This document shows, one piece after another, positions 61,544 to 64,000 of a stretch of 64,000 nt of DNA. Every line of letters starts with the position of its first letter. Position 1 is the first letter of the stretch. The notes under the pieces are model-generated. The model was not told the origin of the DNA and made no database searches. It was given only the letters and a program-made list of their open reading frames with translations. The DNA comes from an uncultured bacterium (GTDB lineage Bacteria > Patescibacteriota > JACMRA01). The position numbers and the translations under genes are program-made. The stretch is taken from contig CAWAQU010000009.1 in assembly GCA_963784355.1 (NCBI GenBank), positions 1-64,000 on the forward strand, read 5' to 3'.

Positions 61544-62062
61544 ATGTTATTTGAACCAACTACTTACACCTCATATATGTTTGGGCCTGTAAATTATGAA
61601 TCATGTAAAAAAATTATTCAGGACATTGATGCTGCCAATAAAGATGAAAAATATAAGGAAATTTTACTAATTATTTGTAGTGGTGGTGGAAGATTATACC
61701 CTGCTTTTGCAGTTTATGAACACATAAGATTGTCTTTAAAACCAGTTATTTGCTTAGCTGAATCTGAGTGTGGATCTGCTGCCGTGCCTATTCTTCAAGC
61801 TGGAAAAGAGAGATTGTGTACTAAAAATACTAGATTTAAATTACATTCAAGTACTCACTCTTCTGAAAACCTTCCTTACGAAGAATTAGAAAGGTTTACT
61901 GTAAACTCACATATGTCATACAACCATTTTGTTGATTTAACTATAAAAAGAAGTGGAGCTACCAAGGCTCAATTTGAAAAAGAATGTATCCCGGTAAAAT
62001 ATTTAACCGCTGAAGATGCTTTGAAATTTGGGAAACATGGCTTGATTGACAGGATTATCTAG
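61544..62062 (+). CDS. ClpP-family protease (divergent)
   Basis: ICSGGG, CGSAA (Ser), FKLH (His), YLTAEDA..GLIDRI. Confidence 0.85.
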   Translation: MLFEPTTYTSYMFGPVNYESCKKIIQDIDAANKDEKYKEILLIICSGGGRLYPAFAVYEHIRLSLKPVICLAESECGSAAVPILQAGKERLCTKNTRFKLHSSTHSSENLPYEELERFTVNSHMSYNHFVDLTIKRSGATKAQFEKECIPVKYLTAEDALKFGKHGLIDRII

Positions 62063-62113
62063 TTTTGCAATTAAACTCTGTAACTCATTTACATTATTTA
62101 TATTTAAAATTAT

Positions 62114-62506
62114 ATGGAAATAAAACTTACTAGCGTGTATATTTCAGACCTTGATAAAGCATTAAAATTTTACACTGAAGTACTAAATTTTGTTAAAAAG
62201 CAAGATATTGACCTTGGTGGTGGCAATAGATTTGTTACGGTGGTTTCCCCTGATGATTTGGATGGTACTGAGCTACTTTTGGAACCGAATGGTGAAATTG
62301 ACTATGTAAAAAATTTTAAGGAAAGCATATATAACTCAGGGCTACCTTTTACTATTTTCTTCACAAAAGACATATATGGGGAATATGAGAGAATGCTTAA
62401 ACTGGGGGCAAGATTCACATCAGAGCCAACTGAACAATTTGGAGCTATTATGACTACTTTTGATGATACTTGTGGCAATCTGATCCGCTTATATCAAGTC
62501 AAGTAA
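62114..62506 (+). CDS. VOC/glyoxalase family protein
   Basis: DKALKFYTEVL.F, ELLLEP, FDDTCGNLI. Confidence 0.92.
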   Translation: MEIKLTSVYISDLDKALKFYTEVLNFVKKQDIDLGGGNRFVTVVSPDDLDGTELLLEPNGEIDYVKNFKESIYNSGLPFTIFFTKDIYGEYERMLKLGARFTSEPTEQFGAIMTTFDDTCGNLIRLYQVK

Positions 62507-62640
62507 ACAATTTTATCCAAACGCTTAGGAAATCATTATTTCAGTTAGTAATCTTAACAACTAAAGTAAAATTTTTTGAATGGTCTTGCAATTTTTAAAA
62601 GTGAGCTTGTAAAAAACGAAATAGCTGGATTGAAACGCCC

Positions 62641-62666
62641 AAAAAATAAACCCGATTTCTCGGGGC
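62641..62666 (-). terminator. Terminator of tRNA-Ser
   Basis: CCCGA-gaaa-TCGGG then TTTATTTTTT on the minus strand. Confidence 0.6.
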
Positions 62667-62712
62667 TATGTTTATGTGTGATTATTTAATTTGTGTTTTT
62701 ATAATCAATAAA

Positions 62713-62798
62713 TGGCGGAAGTAGTGGGATTCGAACCCACGAAGCTTTCGCTTGACGGTTTTCAAGACCGTTGCCATAAACCACTAGGCGACACTTCC
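62713..62798 (-). tRNA. tRNA-Ser(TGA)
   Basis: anticodon arm acggt-ct TGA aa-accgt, long variable arm, GGTTCGAATCC, GCCA end. Confidence 0.95.
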
Positions 62799-62900
62799 AA
62801 TTAGTAATCTTAATGTCTTCTGAAAAATTGTCAATATAATTAGTTTTCTTGACTTTTTTGCTAAAATGTATAAATGGTGCTACACTGCTAACCGAAATTT

Positions 62901-64000
62901 ATGTTAATTATTGTAGAGTCACCGGCAAAGGCTAAAACCATATCCAAAATTGTGGGTAAAAAATACGTGGTGAAAGCTTCTGTAGGTCATGTCCGAGGCC
63001 TTAGCGATCAGAAAAAAACCAAGGAAGGAAAAAGTTTAGAGATCAGTGGTATTGATATTGATAATGATTTTAGCCCGATTTATGAGGTTGATTCAGCCAA
63101 AAAAGATATTGTTGTTGAGTTAAAAAAGATGGCCAAAGCTGCCAAAGACGGAATTTTATTTGCAACTGACTCTGACAGAGAAGGAGAATCAATTTCTTGG
63201 CATTTAGCGGAAATTTTAGGTATTAAAGATAAGTCAAAAATCCAACGCCTTGAATTTCACGAAATTACTGAAAAAGCAATCAATGAGGCAATTAAAAATC
63301 CGAGAGATCTGAATCTGGAATTAGTTCATGCTCAACAAGCCAGACAGGTACTGGATAAACTGGTAGGTTATAAATTATCTCCGGTGCTTTGGAATACCAT
63401 GAGCAACTACAAGTTGTCAGCAGGGAGAGTCCAATCTCCGGCACTTCACATTATTGCTGAGCGAGAAAAAGAAATTCAAAAGTTCCAATCAGAAGAATAT
63501 TGGGAAATTTTCGGAAATTTTGATGATAATACCATAAGTCAAAGCAAAGAAATAGTATATTCTGAAGATCAAGAACAAGATAAGGATAAAAAAGAAAAGC
63601 CCAATAAGCAGTTCAAACTATTTAAAATCAAAGGTACAAAAATACCCGAAACCATCAAAAGCCAGAAAGAATTAGATTTATTAAAAGACGGATTGAAAGA
63701 TAATCCACAGTTTACTATTGTTGAAGCAGAAGAAAGTTTTGAAAAATCTAGCCCAAAAGCACCTTTTATTACCTCTACCCTCCAGCAGGCAGCCTCTTCC
63801 AAACTTGGCTACAATCCAAAACTCACCATGCAACTGGCTCAAAAGTTGTATGAAGGTATAGATATAGACGGTTCTCCAACTGCATTGATCACCTACATGC
63901 GTACAGATAGTACCACGCTTTCACAAGAGGCCGTAGAAGCCGCTCGAAGCTATATTGCGACCTTTCATCCCAAATACCTGCCTAAAGCTCCTAGAGTATA
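62901..64000 (+). CDS. topA: DNA topoisomerase I, truncated by window end (not in ORF track)
   Basis: MLIIVESPAKAKTI, ATDSDREGE, SAGRVQS, LITYMRTDS. Confidence 0.97.
   Translation, partial: MLIIVESPAKAKTISKIVGKKYVVKASVGHVRGLSDQKKTKEGKSLEISGIDIDNDFSPIYEVDSAKKDIVVELKKMAKAAKDGILFATDSDREGESISWHLAEILGIKDKSKIQRLEFHEITEKAINEAIKNPRDLNLELVHAQQARQVLDKLVGYKLSPVLWNTMSNYKLSAGRVQSPALHIIAEREKEIQKFQSEEYWEIFGNFDDNTISQSKEIVYSEDQEQDKDKKEKPNKQFKLFKIKGTKIPETIKSQKELDLLKDGLKDNPQFTIVEAEESFEKSSPKAPFITSTLQQAASSKLGYNPKLTMQLAQKLYEGIDIDGSPTALITYMRTDSTTLSQEAVEAARSYIATFHPKYLPKAPRV

Overview
AT-rich bacterial chromosome segment in standard code 11, most consistent with a Patescibacteria/CPR genome (inference: CPR-type pilins, no rpmD, compact RNase P RNA, almost no Shine-Dalgarno motifs). 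The core content is atpC-atpD, ssb, smpB, lepB, rnpB, ftsZ, a class A PBP, uvrB, secA, miaA, tsaD, a scrambled S10-spc ribosomal protein cluster, rpoA, ftsH, ruvB, secE-nusG, a partial topA and five tRNAs. Main points: (1) an ~8 kb element in the 3' end of tRNA-Gln carries a large serine integrase, Rep, SpoVG-like protein, wHTH protein and an HTH-MTase/HpaII-family/Vsr R-M module. Its att site lies inside the integrase gene, so integration swaps the integrase C-terminus; the displaced 33-codon tail is readable at the far end. (2) A FakA-FakB fusion plus two PlsY genes form a lipid-scavenging operon. (3) Twin pilins have identical flanks and a variable cassette. (4) A 308-aa catalytic-domain-only AlaRS is present. 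(5) Several adjacent gene pairs are swapped in conserved operons. (6) A dispersed repeat occurs downstream of housekeeping genes. No database searches were run; all calls come from motif recognition by eye.
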